From NCBI GenBank assembly GCA_963816395.1, contig CAWFKQ010000016.1, positions 320,001-384,000 on the forward strand: a stretch of DNA of 64,000 nucleotides, written 5' to 3'. This stretch comes from an uncultured delta proteobacterium. GTDB lineage: Bacteria; Desulfobacterota; Desulfuromonadia; Desulfuromonadales; JACZKF01. Positions 1 through 10,056 of this stretch are shown piece after piece. The notes beneath the pieces were generated by a model, which had not been told where the DNA came from, searched no databases, and saw only the letters and a program-made list of their open reading frames with translations. Numbering within the stretch: the first letter of the stretch is position 1; each line of letters starts with the position of its first letter. A program made the position numbers and the translations under genes.

Positions 1-880
1 CCACCTGCTGACCCACGCCTTCTTCAAGGCCGTGCTGTTCATGGGCGCCGGCTGCGTCATCCACCTGACCGGCGGCGAGAACGACATCTTCCGCATGGGG
101 GGACTGGCGCGCCGCGACCGCCTGGTCTTCGGCAGCTTCCTGGCCGGGGCGCTCTGCCTGGCGGGGGCGCCGCTGACCGGCGGCTTCTTTTCCAAGGACA
201 CCATCCTGGCCACCGTTTTCGCTCTCGATACCCCGCTCTATCGGGGGCTGTGGGCGGCGGCGGTGCTGACCGCCCTGCTCACCGCCTTCTATACCTTCCG
301 CCTGGTCTACCTGGTCTTCGCCGGTTCCCCGCGCGGGGAAAAGAGGGGCACCATCTGCCGGCGGTGATGCGCTGGACCCTGCCGCCCCTGGCCATTCTGG
401 CTGTGCTCGGGGGCGGAATCAATCTGCCCGCCCTGTACGGCGGCGGCGAAGCCCTGCGCGCCTGGCTCGGGCCGGTGGCCGGCCAGGTGGCGCAGCTCTC
501 GCACCAGGCCGAATGGGTTCTCGCCGGAATGGCCGGCTTCCTCTTTCTTCTCGGCTGGGCACTGGCCCGCTGGCGCTATCTGCCGGCGCCGTCCCCGGGC
601 GAATCGCTGCCGGCCAGATTCCTGCTGCACGGCTGGGAGGCCGATCGGCTGGTGGACGCGCTGCTGGTGCGCCCTTTCGGGGCACTGGCCGTGCTCCTCT
701 GGCAGGGAGTGGACGGGCGGCTGGTCGACGGCTTTCTGGAGAGCCTGGGACGGGGCAGCCTCCTTATCGGCGAGGGGCTGCGGCGCTTCACCACCGGCCG
801 GCTGCACAGCTACCTGGCCGCCTTCGGCCTGGGGCTGGTGTGTCATGCTCGGCTGGTTTCTGCTGGCGTACCTGCGATGA
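1..880 (+). CDS. nuoL: NADH-quinone oxidoreductase subunit L (3' part; starts before window; frameshifts near 350 and 840)
   Basis: HLLTHAFFKAVLFMGAG, MGGL and GFFSKD motifs; C-terminal 'VDGRLVDG...TGRLHSY' in second frame; upstream of nuoM-nuoN. Confidence 0.85.
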
Positions 881-923
881 GCGCGCGGGATTAGTCCCGA
901 CTCTTCTGAAAGGGTCTGAAGCG

Positions 924-2451
924 TTGGCTTTTCTGACTCCACCTTTAGCGGGAACCTCATCCTTCCCCCTGCTGACCCTGCTGATCGGCCTGCCCGCCGC
1001 CGGCGGCATGGTCTGCCTCTGCCTGCGCCGGCATCCGGCCCTCTGCCGCTGGATCTCCCTGCTGACGACTTTGCTGGTGCTGGCCCTGGCCGTGTGGTAT
1101 TACGTCGCCCTGGCAGGCGGCAGCGGCTGGCTGCTGTACGAGGATTATCCCTGGATCGAGCGCTTCGGCGTCCATTACACCCTGGGCATGGACGGCATTT
1201 CCCTGCTGATGGTCCTGCTCACCTCCCTCACCCAGGCCATCGCCATCATCGTTTCCTGGCGCCGCAAGTACGAGCTTTCCCTTTTCTTCGCCACCATTCT
1301 GTTCATGGAGGCGGGGATCATGGGGGTCTTTCTCGCTCTCGATCTCTTTCTCTTCTATCTTTTCTGGGAGGTCATGATCATCCCGATGTTCTTCCTCATC
1401 GGGGTGTACGGCCGGCACGGGCGGCGCATCTACGCCGCGGTCAAGTTCTTCATCTACACCATCTCCGGCAGCCTGTTCATGCTGCTGGCGATCATCGCCC
1501 TGTACCTGCTGCACGGGGAGCAGACGCGGGCAGTACACCTTCGCCCTGGCGGCGCTGCAGGGCACCGTTCTATCTCCCGCGGCCGAGTACTGGATCTATG
1601 CCGCCTTTCTGCTGGCCTTCGCCATCAAGGTGCCGCTGGTGCCGGTGCATACCTGGCTGCCGGACGCCCATACCGAGGCGCCGACCGCCGGCTCCCTCGA
1701 TCTGGCCGGACTGCTGCTGAAAACGGGGATGTACGGCCTGATCCGCATCGCCTTCCCACTTTTTCCGGAGATGGCACAGGCCAGTTTTCCCCTGCTCGCC
1801 TCCCTGGCCCTGCTGGGGATCTTCTACGCCGCCTGGATCGCCTATGCCCAGACCGACGCCAAGCGCCTGGTCGCCTATTCCTCGATCGCCCACGTCGGTT
1901 TCATCGTCCTCGGGCTGTGCGCCTGGGACCAGGCGGCCGTGGAGGGGAGCATCCTGCAGATGTTCAATCACGGCATCACCACCGGCGCCCTGTTCGTCAT
2001 GGTGGGGATGCTGCGGCACCGGGTCAAGAGCCGCGAACTGGCCGAACTCAGCGGCATCTGGGGACGGGCGCCGGTCTTCTCCGCCTTTTTTCTCTTCTTC
2101 TCCCTGGCTTCCCTGGGGCTGCCGGGCCTGAACAATTTTGCCGGTGAGATCCTTATTCTGCTCGGCACCTTCCGGACCCATCCCCTGTGGGGCGGCCTGG
2201 CCATGGGCGGGGTGCTCTTCGCCGCCATCTACATGCTGCGCATCGTCAAGGAGATCATCTGGGGGGAGCCGATGTCCGAAGGGGTCTGGGAAGACCTGAC
2301 GCCGCGGGAACTGGTGGCCCTGATCCCGCTGGCCATCCTGGTGCTGTGGGTGGGGCTCTATCCCGCCCCCTTCCTCGAGCCGCTGCGTGAACCGGTGCGC
2401 CAGCTGCTCGCCGGGGTGCGGCTGGCGGCGAACCTGGGGGGGCTGCCATGA
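924..2451 (+). CDS. nuoM: NADH-quinone oxidoreductase subunit M (frameshift near 1530; TTG start uncertain)
   Basis: GMDGISL, FYLFWEVMIIPMF, KVPLVPVHTWLPDAHTEAPT, LVAYSS, LPGLNNFAGE motifs across two frames. Confidence 0.88.
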
Positions 2452-3866
2452 CCGCCGCCGATCTCGCCGCTCTCGCCCCGATCCTGGTTCTGGCCATCGG
2501 CTCCGCCGCCGTCCTGCTCACCGGCGCCTGGTGGCCGCAGCAATCTTTCCAGTTGCTGCTGGGGGCGGCGCTGGCGCTCGCTGCCGCCCTGATCGGCTTC
2601 TTCTACCAGGGGCCGGTGGCGGAGATCGCCGGCCTTTACGGGGCCGGCCCCTACGCCCGTTTCTTCACCGTGCTGTGGAGCCTGGTGGCGGCGCTGACCC
2701 TTGTTCTTTCCCTGCGCTACGGGGCGGCGCGGCACTTTTCCGGCGGCGAGTTCAGTGCCCTGGTCCTGTTCGGGACCGCCGGCATGGTCCTGCTCTCCTC
2801 GGCGGTCTCCCTGGTCGGCCTCTTCCTCGGCCTGGAGGCCTATACCCTGGTTCTCTACATCCTGATCGCTTTCAACCGGGAGGGGGCCGAAGGGGCCGAG
2901 GCGGGACTGAAATACCTGATATTAGGGGCGGTGGCCACCGGCTTTCTCGGTTTCGGCATCGCCCTGATCTATACGGCCTCCGGCACCTTCCATCTCCCCG
3001 AGGCGATGGCCGGGCTGGTCGAGGGCGCCCGGATGCGCCCCCTGGGCCTGCTGGGGTGGGGGATGCTGCTGGTGGCCCTCGGTTTCAAGGTCTCCCTGGT
3101 GCCCTTCCACCTGTGGACGCCCGACGTCTACCAGGGGGCGCCGGCACCGGTGGCCGGCCTGCTGTCCACCGGCTCCAAAGGAGCGGTTTTCGCCGTCCTG
3201 GTCACCCTGGCCGCGGCCCAGGGGCAATGGGGAGGGGTGGCGCTGGCTCCCCTGCTGTGGGGCCTGGCCGCCGTCACCATGCTGGTCGGCACCTTCTGCG
3301 CCCTGCGTCAGGACAACCTCAAGCGCCTGCTCGCCTACAGCTCGGTGGTGCACATGGGCTACCTGCTCATCGCCCTGCTGGCGGGGGGCAGGGATGGCTT
3401 CGGTGCCGTCCTCTTCTACCTGGTGGCTTATGCCGCCGTCAATCTCGGTGCGTTCGGGGTGATCGCCTCCTTTTCCGGCGAGGCCGGAGAGCCGCAGCAG
3501 ATCGAGCAGTTCCGCGGCCTCGGTTACCGCCATCCGCTGCGCTGCGGGACCCTGGCCGTCTTCCTCTTCTCCCTGGCCGGCATCCCCCCCACGGCCGGCT
3601 TCATCGGCAAGTTCACCATCTTCTACGCCGCCATCGAGTCCGGCTACACTCTGCTCGCCGTTCTGGGGATCTTCGCCTCGATCATCTCCCTCTACTACTA
3701 CCTGCGGGTGATCGTGGTCATGTTCATGTCTTACGAGGCCGCTCCCGACCTGCATCGGGGGACCAATATCGAGCGGGCGGCCCTGGCGGTATGCCTGCTG
3801 GCAACCCTCCTGTTCGGCATCTATCCCGGCCCCCTGCTGAGCACGATTGCCTCCTTGCTGCCCTGA
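2448..3866 (+). CDS. nuoN: NADH-quinone oxidoreductase subunit N
   Basis: EAGLKY, FKVSLVPFHLWTPDVYQGAP, KRLLAYSS, AGIPPTAGFIGKF; ATGA overlap with nuoM. Confidence 0.92.
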   Translation: MTAADLAALAPILVLAIGSAAVLLTGAWWPQQSFQLLLGAALALAAALIGFFYQGPVAEIAGLYGAGPYARFFTVLWSLVAALTLVLSLRYGAARHFSGGEFSALVLFGTAGMVLLSSAVSLVGLFLGLEAYTLVLYILIAFNREGAEGAEAGLKYLILGAVATGFLGFGIALIYTASGTFHLPEAMAGLVEGARMRPLGLLGWGMLLVALGFKVSLVPFHLWTPDVYQGAPAPVAGLLSTGSKGAVFAVLVTLAAAQGQWGGVALAPLLWGLAAVTMLVGTFCALRQDNLKRLLAYSSVVHMGYLLIALLAGGRDGFGAVLFYLVAYAAVNLGAFGVIASFSGEAGEPQQIEQFRGLGYRHPLRCGTLAVFLFSLAGIPPTAGFIGKFTIFYAAIESGYTLLAVLGIFASIISLYYYLRVIVVMFMSYEAAPDLHRGTNIERAALAVCLLATLLFGIYPGPLLSTIASLLP

Positions 3867-3990
3867 CCGAACCCATTGCAGAAAGCGACACGCAGGCTCC
3901 TCCCGCCTTGCCAGGCGGCAGGGCATTCTGCTAGTATGATATGGAATTAAGACGCAGGACTGAGATCATCAGGAATCCAGAGGCTTTGCA

Positions 3991-4476
3991 ATGAAATGGT
4001 TCAAAAATGAAAAAAACCTGGATCAGGACCGGGCTTCTTTCGCTGCCGCCGAAGCTGTCATGAGCGAAGCTGAATTCACTTCCTTTCTCGAAATGCTGCG
4101 GACGGAAAAGTCCTATCTGACCGAAACGAGGGCAAAGTGCCTCGAACTGCTGAAGTTTCTGACCGCGCCGGCGAGCCGCTTCGGCAGTCGCAAGATGCGG
4201 GAGAAGGCGACGGCCTTGGTGGCGGCCCTGCAGGAATTGAAGATTCTGACCACCACCCACTTCCTGGTTTTTCCGCGCAACCAGACCGGAAACAACCTGC
4301 GGCACTCTCTTCACCCCGATTATTTCATCCTGGAGATGACCAACGTGTCCCTCGATCAGCACGAATTTCACCTCAAGGCCGAGCGGCAGCTGGCCGAGTG
4401 TCTCGCCACAACCAGCGATTGTTACCGGGAATATCGGGCCGCCGCCAGACGGCAGTTGCAGCTGCAGGAGGAATGA
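3991..4476 (+). CDS. hypothetical protein (161 aa)
   Basis: ATG ORF with protein-like composition filling the gap after nuoN; no family recognised. Confidence 0.7.
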   Translation: MKWFKNEKNLDQDRASFAAAEAVMSEAEFTSFLEMLRTEKSYLTETRAKCLELLKFLTAPASRFGSRKMREKATALVAALQELKILTTTHFLVFPRNQTGNNLRHSLHPDYFILEMTNVSLDQHEFHLKAERQLAECLATTSDCYREYRAAARRQLQLQEE

Positions 4477-4629
4477 ATGCGTTCCTGCATCCGGACCATC
4501 ATCTGCATCAACGGCCAATGCTTCGACAACATTCCCGATGCCGTCAAGTGCCTCCTGGATATCGCCAGCCGGCGCCGGCCGGTGACCATTACCCGCTTCT
4601 CCGATACCCACCACTGCCTGCCCACCTGA
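4477..4629 (+). CDS. small Cys-rich hypothetical protein (50 aa, MRSCIRTIICINGQCFDNIPDAVKCLLDIASRRRPVTITRFSDTHHCLPT)
   Basis: ATG directly after upstream TGA, GGAGG at 4467-4471, C/G-ending codons; below ORF-track cutoff. Confidence 0.55.
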   Translation: MRSCIRTIICINGQCFDNIPDAVKCLLDIASRRRPVTITRFSDTHHCLPT

Positions 4630-4727
4630 TCCGCCCTTTCCCCGACGAGTGCCGTCACTCCTTCTTTACAAGAGAGCGCCATCGCCAGTATACTCTGTGA
4701 GTATTTTATCTACTCATGGAGGATTTC

Positions 4728-7544
4728 ATGGATACCCTCGCCTCGCGTCTTGCCGTCCTCACCGGGAAAATCCGCAGCTATGGCAAGGAGAACCTCGAAG
4801 ACATTCTGCACGTGGTGATTGAAGGGGCGACCCTCATCACCCGCCATAACCGCTGTCGGATCTACCTGGAGGATCTCACCAGCGGCAGCCTGACCTGTGC
4901 CGGCGCCACCGGTCTGATGGCGGCGGCCGTCCGCGAACATGCTTTTCCCATCAACACCACCGATTTTCTTGTCTCCCGGGTCTACATCACCCAGGAGGAG
5001 GCGCAGGTGGAGGATGTGGCGGTCTTCCCCAGCCGCTTCGCCCGCGAGCTGGCGGAGCGCTTTGCCATTGCCGCCAGCTACCATCTGCCGCTGCTGCACC
5101 AGGGGCTCTCGGTGGGGGTGCTGTGCGTCGACAGCAGCCGCCGGGGACAGCTGCCCGCGGAAGGGCAGCGGCGGCAGCTGAAGGCCTTTCTCGACGAGGT
5201 GGTCCCGGTTATCGATCAGGCCCGTAAATACCACCAGCAGATCCTGTTGGCCCGGCGGGTGGATGAGGCAAAAAAGAAGGAGGCAGCCCTGTATATGGTC
5301 AAATCGGCGGTGCGGCTGATCGACAAGCTCTCCCTCGCCTCGGTGCTGATCCCCCTGCCGCTGGCCCCCGGTTGCGGGGAGGAGGGGCTGCAGATCCTTG
5401 CCTCCTACTCCAAGGACCAGGAAGAGCGCCGGCTCTACGAGGACGAATTGCTCATCGATCTGGGGCCGGGAAAGTCGCTCCTCTCGCGCTTCATCAACAA
5501 CGCCGGGATCATCACCGACGACACCCTCCTCTCGCCCCTGTATTTTCCCGACCTTCCCTCGGAAACCCTGCAGAAGCGCTACCTGACCGAGGAGCTGGGA
5601 ATGAAGTCCCTGTACGTGGTGCCGCGCTACGAGGCGCGCACCCGCCGGGTCATCTGCCTGGTGAATTACTACACCCGGGAGGCGCATCGCTTCAGCGATT
5701 TCGAGAAGGGACTGCTGCAGGCGCATGCCGAGATGGCGCAGCGGGTTATCCAGGAGATCGGCGACGAGCACATGGAGATCCAGGTGCTCTCGGAGATCAA
5801 CGACCTGCTGCAGGAGAAGTTCGAGGGGCTGCAGACCTTCCTCAGCCGCATCCTCTCCAAGGCCACCGAGCTGATCGGCGCCGATACCGGCAGCATCGCT
5901 CTGGTGCGGGAGCAGGAGGGTAGGAAATGGCTGGTGGTGGAGGACGCGGAAGGGAAGCTGGTCGGGGCCAAGAGCAAGGAATGGCTGAAGAAGGACATCC
6001 CGCCGATTCGCATCGGCGGCATCAGCCTGCCACCGGAGGAGCGCAGCCTGACCGGTTACGCGGCCTTCACCGGCCGGCCGTGCATCGTCGGGGACACGGT
6101 CGAGGAGAAGCGGAGCGGCGGCTTCTATCGCGAAATCACGGAAGCGATCAAGAGCGAAATCGCTGTGCCGGTGATCAGCGAGGGAGAGGTGATCGCGGTC
6201 GTCTGCCTGGACAGCCTGCGGCCTTTCCACTTTACCGAGGAGCACCGGCGCATCCTGCTGATCATCGGCCGGATGATCGCCCGCACCCTCTCCGACCTGC
6301 AGCGCATCGAGAAGCTGACCACCGAGGTCAACCGGCTGCGTTCCGACGTCGGCTACAAGGACCCGAAGATTTCCTCCTATAAACTCGGGAACATCATCGG
6401 CAACTCGGCCAAGTCGAACGAGATTGTGGAATTCATCCAGCGGGTGACCCCCCCCATTTTCAACCGCATCGCCTACTGGAGCCGCACCGACGTGCAGGAG
6501 GCGACCCTGGGGCTGCCCTCCATCCTCATCACCGGCGATACCGGCAGCGGCAAGGAATTTCTGTTCAACAACATCTTCTCCCGTCTGAATGAGATGTACC
6601 TGGAGAAGATCGACCCGCGCGGCGAACTGTCAGTGAAAAAGACCAATATCGCCGCCTACAGCGGTGAGCTGACCTATTCCGAACTCTTCGGCCACAAGCG
6701 CGGCGCCTTTACCGGCGCCCACGCCGACCGCCGGGGGATTCTCGAGGAGGCGCACGGAGGGGTGGTCTTCCTCGACGAGATCGGCGACGCCGATCCGAAA
6801 ACGCAGGTGCAGCTGCTGCGTTTCCTGGACAACGGCGGCTTCGTCCGCCTGGGAGAGAACGTGACCCGCTACGCCCGGGTGCTGCTGGTGGCGGCTACCA
6901 ACAAGAACCTGCGGCAGCTGATCCGCGAGGGGAAATTTCGCGAGGACCTCTACCACCGGTTGTCGGAACTGACCCTGCAGGTTCCCTCCCTCAACGAACG
7001 GCGGGAGGATATCCCCGACCTCGCCACCCATTTCCTGGGCAAGCTGTACCGGGTCTACCGGAAAGAGGATGAGGAGGAAACTGAAGCGCCCGTCCTCACC
7101 CGCGAGGCGCAGGCTCTGCTTTCCCGGCACCATTACACCGGCAATGTCCGCGAGCTGCGCAGCATTCTGCTGCGGGCGCTCTTCTTTCGCAAGCGGCGGC
7201 TGATCAACGAAGAGGATGTCCGGCGGGTATTGGAGACGCTGGAGCCGCGGGAAGCGGAAAACGCGGTGGAGAAGCTGACCGGTGAGGTGGCCCAGGAGAT
7301 CTATGAGGCCATTGGCCGAAGGGAGATCGATTTCTGGGACGGCGTGCACGCCCCGTTCACCGAAAGCCGCATCTCCCGCGAGGCCGTGGCGGCGGTGGTC
7401 GCCCTGGCCCGGCGCGATGGCGCCAGCACCATGCCGGCCATTGCCGAGCGCCTGTGCGCCTGCAATCCCAAGGGCACGCCGGAGGACCAGAAGGTCTTCT
7501 ACAAGTTTAAGAATTTCCTCTACAAGACGATCCGGATCGGCTAG
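4728..7544 (+). CDS. multi-GAF-domain sigma-54-dependent transcriptional activator
   Basis: GAF-like segments, Walker A GDTGSGKE, SELFGHKRGAFTGA, FLDEIGD, FREDLYHRL, GNVREL; GGAGG before ATG 4728. Confidence 0.88.
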   Translation: MDTLASRLAVLTGKIRSYGKENLEDILHVVIEGATLITRHNRCRIYLEDLTSGSLTCAGATGLMAAAVREHAFPINTTDFLVSRVYITQEEAQVEDVAVFPSRFARELAERFAIAASYHLPLLHQGLSVGVLCVDSSRRGQLPAEGQRRQLKAFLDEVVPVIDQARKYHQQILLARRVDEAKKKEAALYMVKSAVRLIDKLSLASVLIPLPLAPGCGEEGLQILASYSKDQEERRLYEDELLIDLGPGKSLLSRFINNAGIITDDTLLSPLYFPDLPSETLQKRYLTEELGMKSLYVVPRYEARTRRVICLVNYYTREAHRFSDFEKGLLQAHAEMAQRVIQEIGDEHMEIQVLSEINDLLQEKFEGLQTFLSRILSKATELIGADTGSIALVREQEGRKWLVVEDAEGKLVGAKSKEWLKKDIPPIRIGGISLPPEERSLTGYAAFTGRPCIVGDTVEEKRSGGFYREITEAIKSEIAVPVISEGEVIAVVCLDSLRPFHFTEEHRRILLIIGRMIARTLSDLQRIEKLTTEVNRLRSDVGYKDPKISSYKLGNIIGNSAKSNEIVEFIQRVTPPIFNRIAYWSRTDVQEATLGLPSILITGDTGSGKEFLFNNIFSRLNEMYLEKIDPRGELSVKKTNIAAYSGELTYSELFGHKRGAFTGAHADRRGILEEAHGGVVFLDEIGDADPKTQVQLLRFLDNGGFVRLGENVTRYARVLLVAATNKNLRQLIREGKFREDLYHRLSELTLQVPSLNERREDIPDLATHFLGKLYRVYRKEDEEETEAPVLTREAQALLSRHHYTGNVRELRSILLRALFFRKRRLINEEDVRRVLETLEPREAENAVEKLTGEVAQEIYEAIGRREIDFWDGVHAPFTESRISREAVAAVVALARRDGASTMPAIAERLCACNPKGTPEDQKVFYKFKNFLYKTIRIG

Positions 7545-7648
7545 CAGGCTGATGAAAACATTCGCCCCGTCCTCGGACGTTTCTAGTATCAGCGTGCGCC
7601 TGCTGTCGGAGCTAGCGCGGGTGCGCCGAACCCTCCTGAACTCACCCG

Positions 7649-8941
7649 TCAGCCGCCATAACCCGCCAGCAGCTTTTCCACCTGCCGCCGGTCCTTCGCC
7701 CGGAAGGGGCCGACGGCCGCCATCTTCAGCACTTCGGGGGCAAACAGGTCGCGGGCGGTGCACCACAGCTCTTCCGCGCTGACCGTCTGGAGATCCCGCC
7801 GGTCCTCTTCCACCGTGCGCAGAAAGCCCACGGCCTCCCCCCAGCCGAAGCGGGCAGCCATATCGTCCGGGTGGTCGCGGCTGAAGTCGAGGTCATAGAG
7901 GAAGTTGCGGGTTACCCGCGCCAGTTCCCCCGCCTCGAGCGGTTGCCGGCGAAGATCGCTGAAAATGGCCAGGATCTCCCGCACCGCCGGGACCAGGTTC
8001 TCCGCGGCGACCGAAGAATCAACGCTGAAGACGCCGGTATCCGCCAGCAGGGCCAGATTCGCTTCGACATTGTAGGTGAGCCCCAGGGTCTCCCGCAGCC
8101 GCAGCATCAGGCGGCTGGCGCCGCCGCCGGAAAGAACCCGCCGCAGCACCCGCAGAGGGATGCTGCGACCGCTTTCCCGCCCCGGCAGGCGAAAGGCGAG
8201 CTGCAGGCTCACCTGCGAGTCGGAATCACGGACCCAGATCGATGCCGGGCTGGCGGCCGGTGCCGGTGAAACCGGCAGCGGAGTGGGGTGCGGCGTCCCC
8301 CGCCAGTCGCCGAAAGCCGCTTCCACCGCTTCCAGGACATCCTCGCGGCGGACCGGGCCGGCCACCGCGATGACGGTTGCGGCCGGGGTGTAATAGCGGC
8401 CGTGGTGGTGCTGCAGGTCGGCCAGATCGATGCGGGCGATCGACTCGCGGGTGCCGATGGTCGGCAGGGACAGGGGATGGTCCGGCCAGAGAAGGCGGGC
8501 GGTCAGGTTGTCCGTACTGATGTCCTCCCCCCGCTCGTTGAGGTCCTCCAGGGCCTCCTCGAGAATGATCCGGCGCTCCACCTCCAGGTCGAGGAAGAGC
8601 GGGCGGCGCAGCATGGAGGCGAACAGGGCGGCACCGGCCTGGATCTGCCGTGGATGCAGGCGGGAATGGTAGAAGGTGGTCTCCGGGTCGGTGGCGGCAT
8701 TGACGGCGCCGCCGATCGCCTCGAAGGCCTGCTCCAGGTGCAGGTTGGAGGGGTATTCGGCGGTGCCGCGAAAGAGCATGTGCTCGAGGAAATGCGACAC
8801 TCCGGCGACCTCGCGAGCCTCGTGACGGCCGCCGACATCGACATAGCAGATCATTTCGGCGCTGTGCAGGTGGGGCATCGCCACCGTCATCACCCGCAGG
8901 CCGTTGTCCAGTGTATCCCGCCAATACTCGTTGCTTTTCAT
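7649..8941 (-). CDS. M16 (pitrilysin) family zinc peptidase
   Basis: TLDNGLRV, HFLEHMLFRGT (HxxEH), SRLMLRLRETLGLTY. Confidence 0.92.
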   Translation of the reverse strand: MKSNEYWRDTLDNGLRVMTVAMPHLHSAEMICYVDVGGRHEAREVAGVSHFLEHMLFRGTAEYPSNLHLEQAFEAIGGAVNAATDPETTFYHSRLHPRQIQAGAALFASMLRRPLFLDLEVERRIILEEALEDLNERGEDISTDNLTARLLWPDHPLSLPTIGTRESIARIDLADLQHHHGRYYTPAATVIAVAGPVRREDVLEAVEAAFGDWRGTPHPTPLPVSPAPAASPASIWVRDSDSQVSLQLAFRLPGRESGRSIPLRVLRRVLSGGGASRLMLRLRETLGLTYNVEANLALLADTGVFSVDSSVAAENLVPAVREILAIFSDLRRQPLEAGELARVTRNFLYDLDFSRDHPDDMAARFGWGEAVGFLRTVEEDRRDLQTVSAEELWCTARDLFAPEVLKMAAVGPFRAKDRRQVEKLLAGYGG

Positions 8942-8992
8942 TCCGCGGTCAGGTCCTCGCTCCTCCGGGGAGGACGCCTTGTTGCCCCAGCT

Positions 8993-9964
8993 CTAACGGA
9001 GCAGGCTGGCGGCTTCCTTGGCATGATAGGTGATGATCAGATCGGCTCCGGCCCGCTTCATCCCGAGCAGGGTTTCCAGCATGACCCGGTCGTGGTCAAT
9101 CCAGCCCATCCGGGCCGCGGCCTTGAGCATACTGTATTCGCCCGAGACGTTGTAGGCCACCAGGGGCAGGTCGAAGCGCTCCTTGAGATCACGCAGGATA
9201 TCCAGGTAGGCCAGGGCCGGCTTGACCATGAGGAAATCGGCGCACTCCTGCACATCGAGGGCCGCCTCGCGGAAGGCCTCGCGGCGGTTGGCCGGGTCCA
9301 TCTGATAGCTGCGGCGATCGCCGAACTGGGGCGTCGATTCGGCGGCGTCGCGGAAGGGGCCGTAATAGGCGCTGGCGTACTTGACGGCGTAGCTCATCAC
9401 CGGGATGTGGGCGAAGTCGTTGGCATCGAGGATTTCCCGGATGGCCGCCACCCGGCCGTCCATCATATCGGAAGGGGCGACGATGTCGGCCCCGGCGCGG
9501 GCATGGGAGAGGGCTTCGGCGGCGAGCAGCTTGAGCGTCTCATCGTTGTCCACGTCACCGTCGCGGATCACCCCGCAGTGGCCGTGATCGGTATATTCGC
9601 AAAGGCAGACGTCGGTGATCACCGTCAGCTCCGGCACCGTCTTCTTGATCGCCCGGATCGTCTCCTGAATGATGCCGGTTTCGCTGTAGGCGTCCTGCCC
9701 GACCGCATCCTTGGTCTCCGGGATGCCGAAGAGAAGCACCGCCGGGATACCGAGTTCGCGCACCTCCTTTGCCTCGGCGACGATGTGTTCGATGGACTGC
9801 TGGAAGATCCCCGGCATGGAGGGGATCTCCTTTTTTATCCCCCGGCCGAAGGCGCTGAACATCGGATAGATCAGGTCCTCCGTCCGCAGGTGGGTCTCGC
9901 GGACCATACGGCGAAGATTGTCGTTGCGGCGCAGGCGGCGGGCGCGGTATTCGGGAAAAAACAT
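8993..9964 (-). CDS. hemB: porphobilinogen synthase
   Basis: [45 protein letters not shown]. Confidence 0.97.
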   Translation of the reverse strand: MFFPEYRARRLRRNDNLRRMVRETHLRTEDLIYPMFSAFGRGIKKEIPSMPGIFQQSIEHIVAEAKEVRELGIPAVLLFGIPETKDAVGQDAYSETGIIQETIRAIKKTVPELTVITDVCLCEYTDHGHCGVIRDGDVDNDETLKLLAAEALSHARAGADIVAPSDMMDGRVAAIREILDANDFAHIPVMSYAVKYASAYYGPFRDAAESTPQFGDRRSYQMDPANRREAFREAALDVQECADFLMVKPALAYLDILRDLKERFDLPLVAYNVSGEYSMLKAAARMGWIDHDRVMLETLLGMKRAGADLIITYHAKEAASLLR

Positions 9965-10056
9965 GGGCGGCTCCTATGAATTCAATCGCGGTGAAGAGTA
10001 GAGGCCTGGATGGACCGTAGCGTAAAACGTCTGTGAAGTCAACGCGTTGCCGGTAA

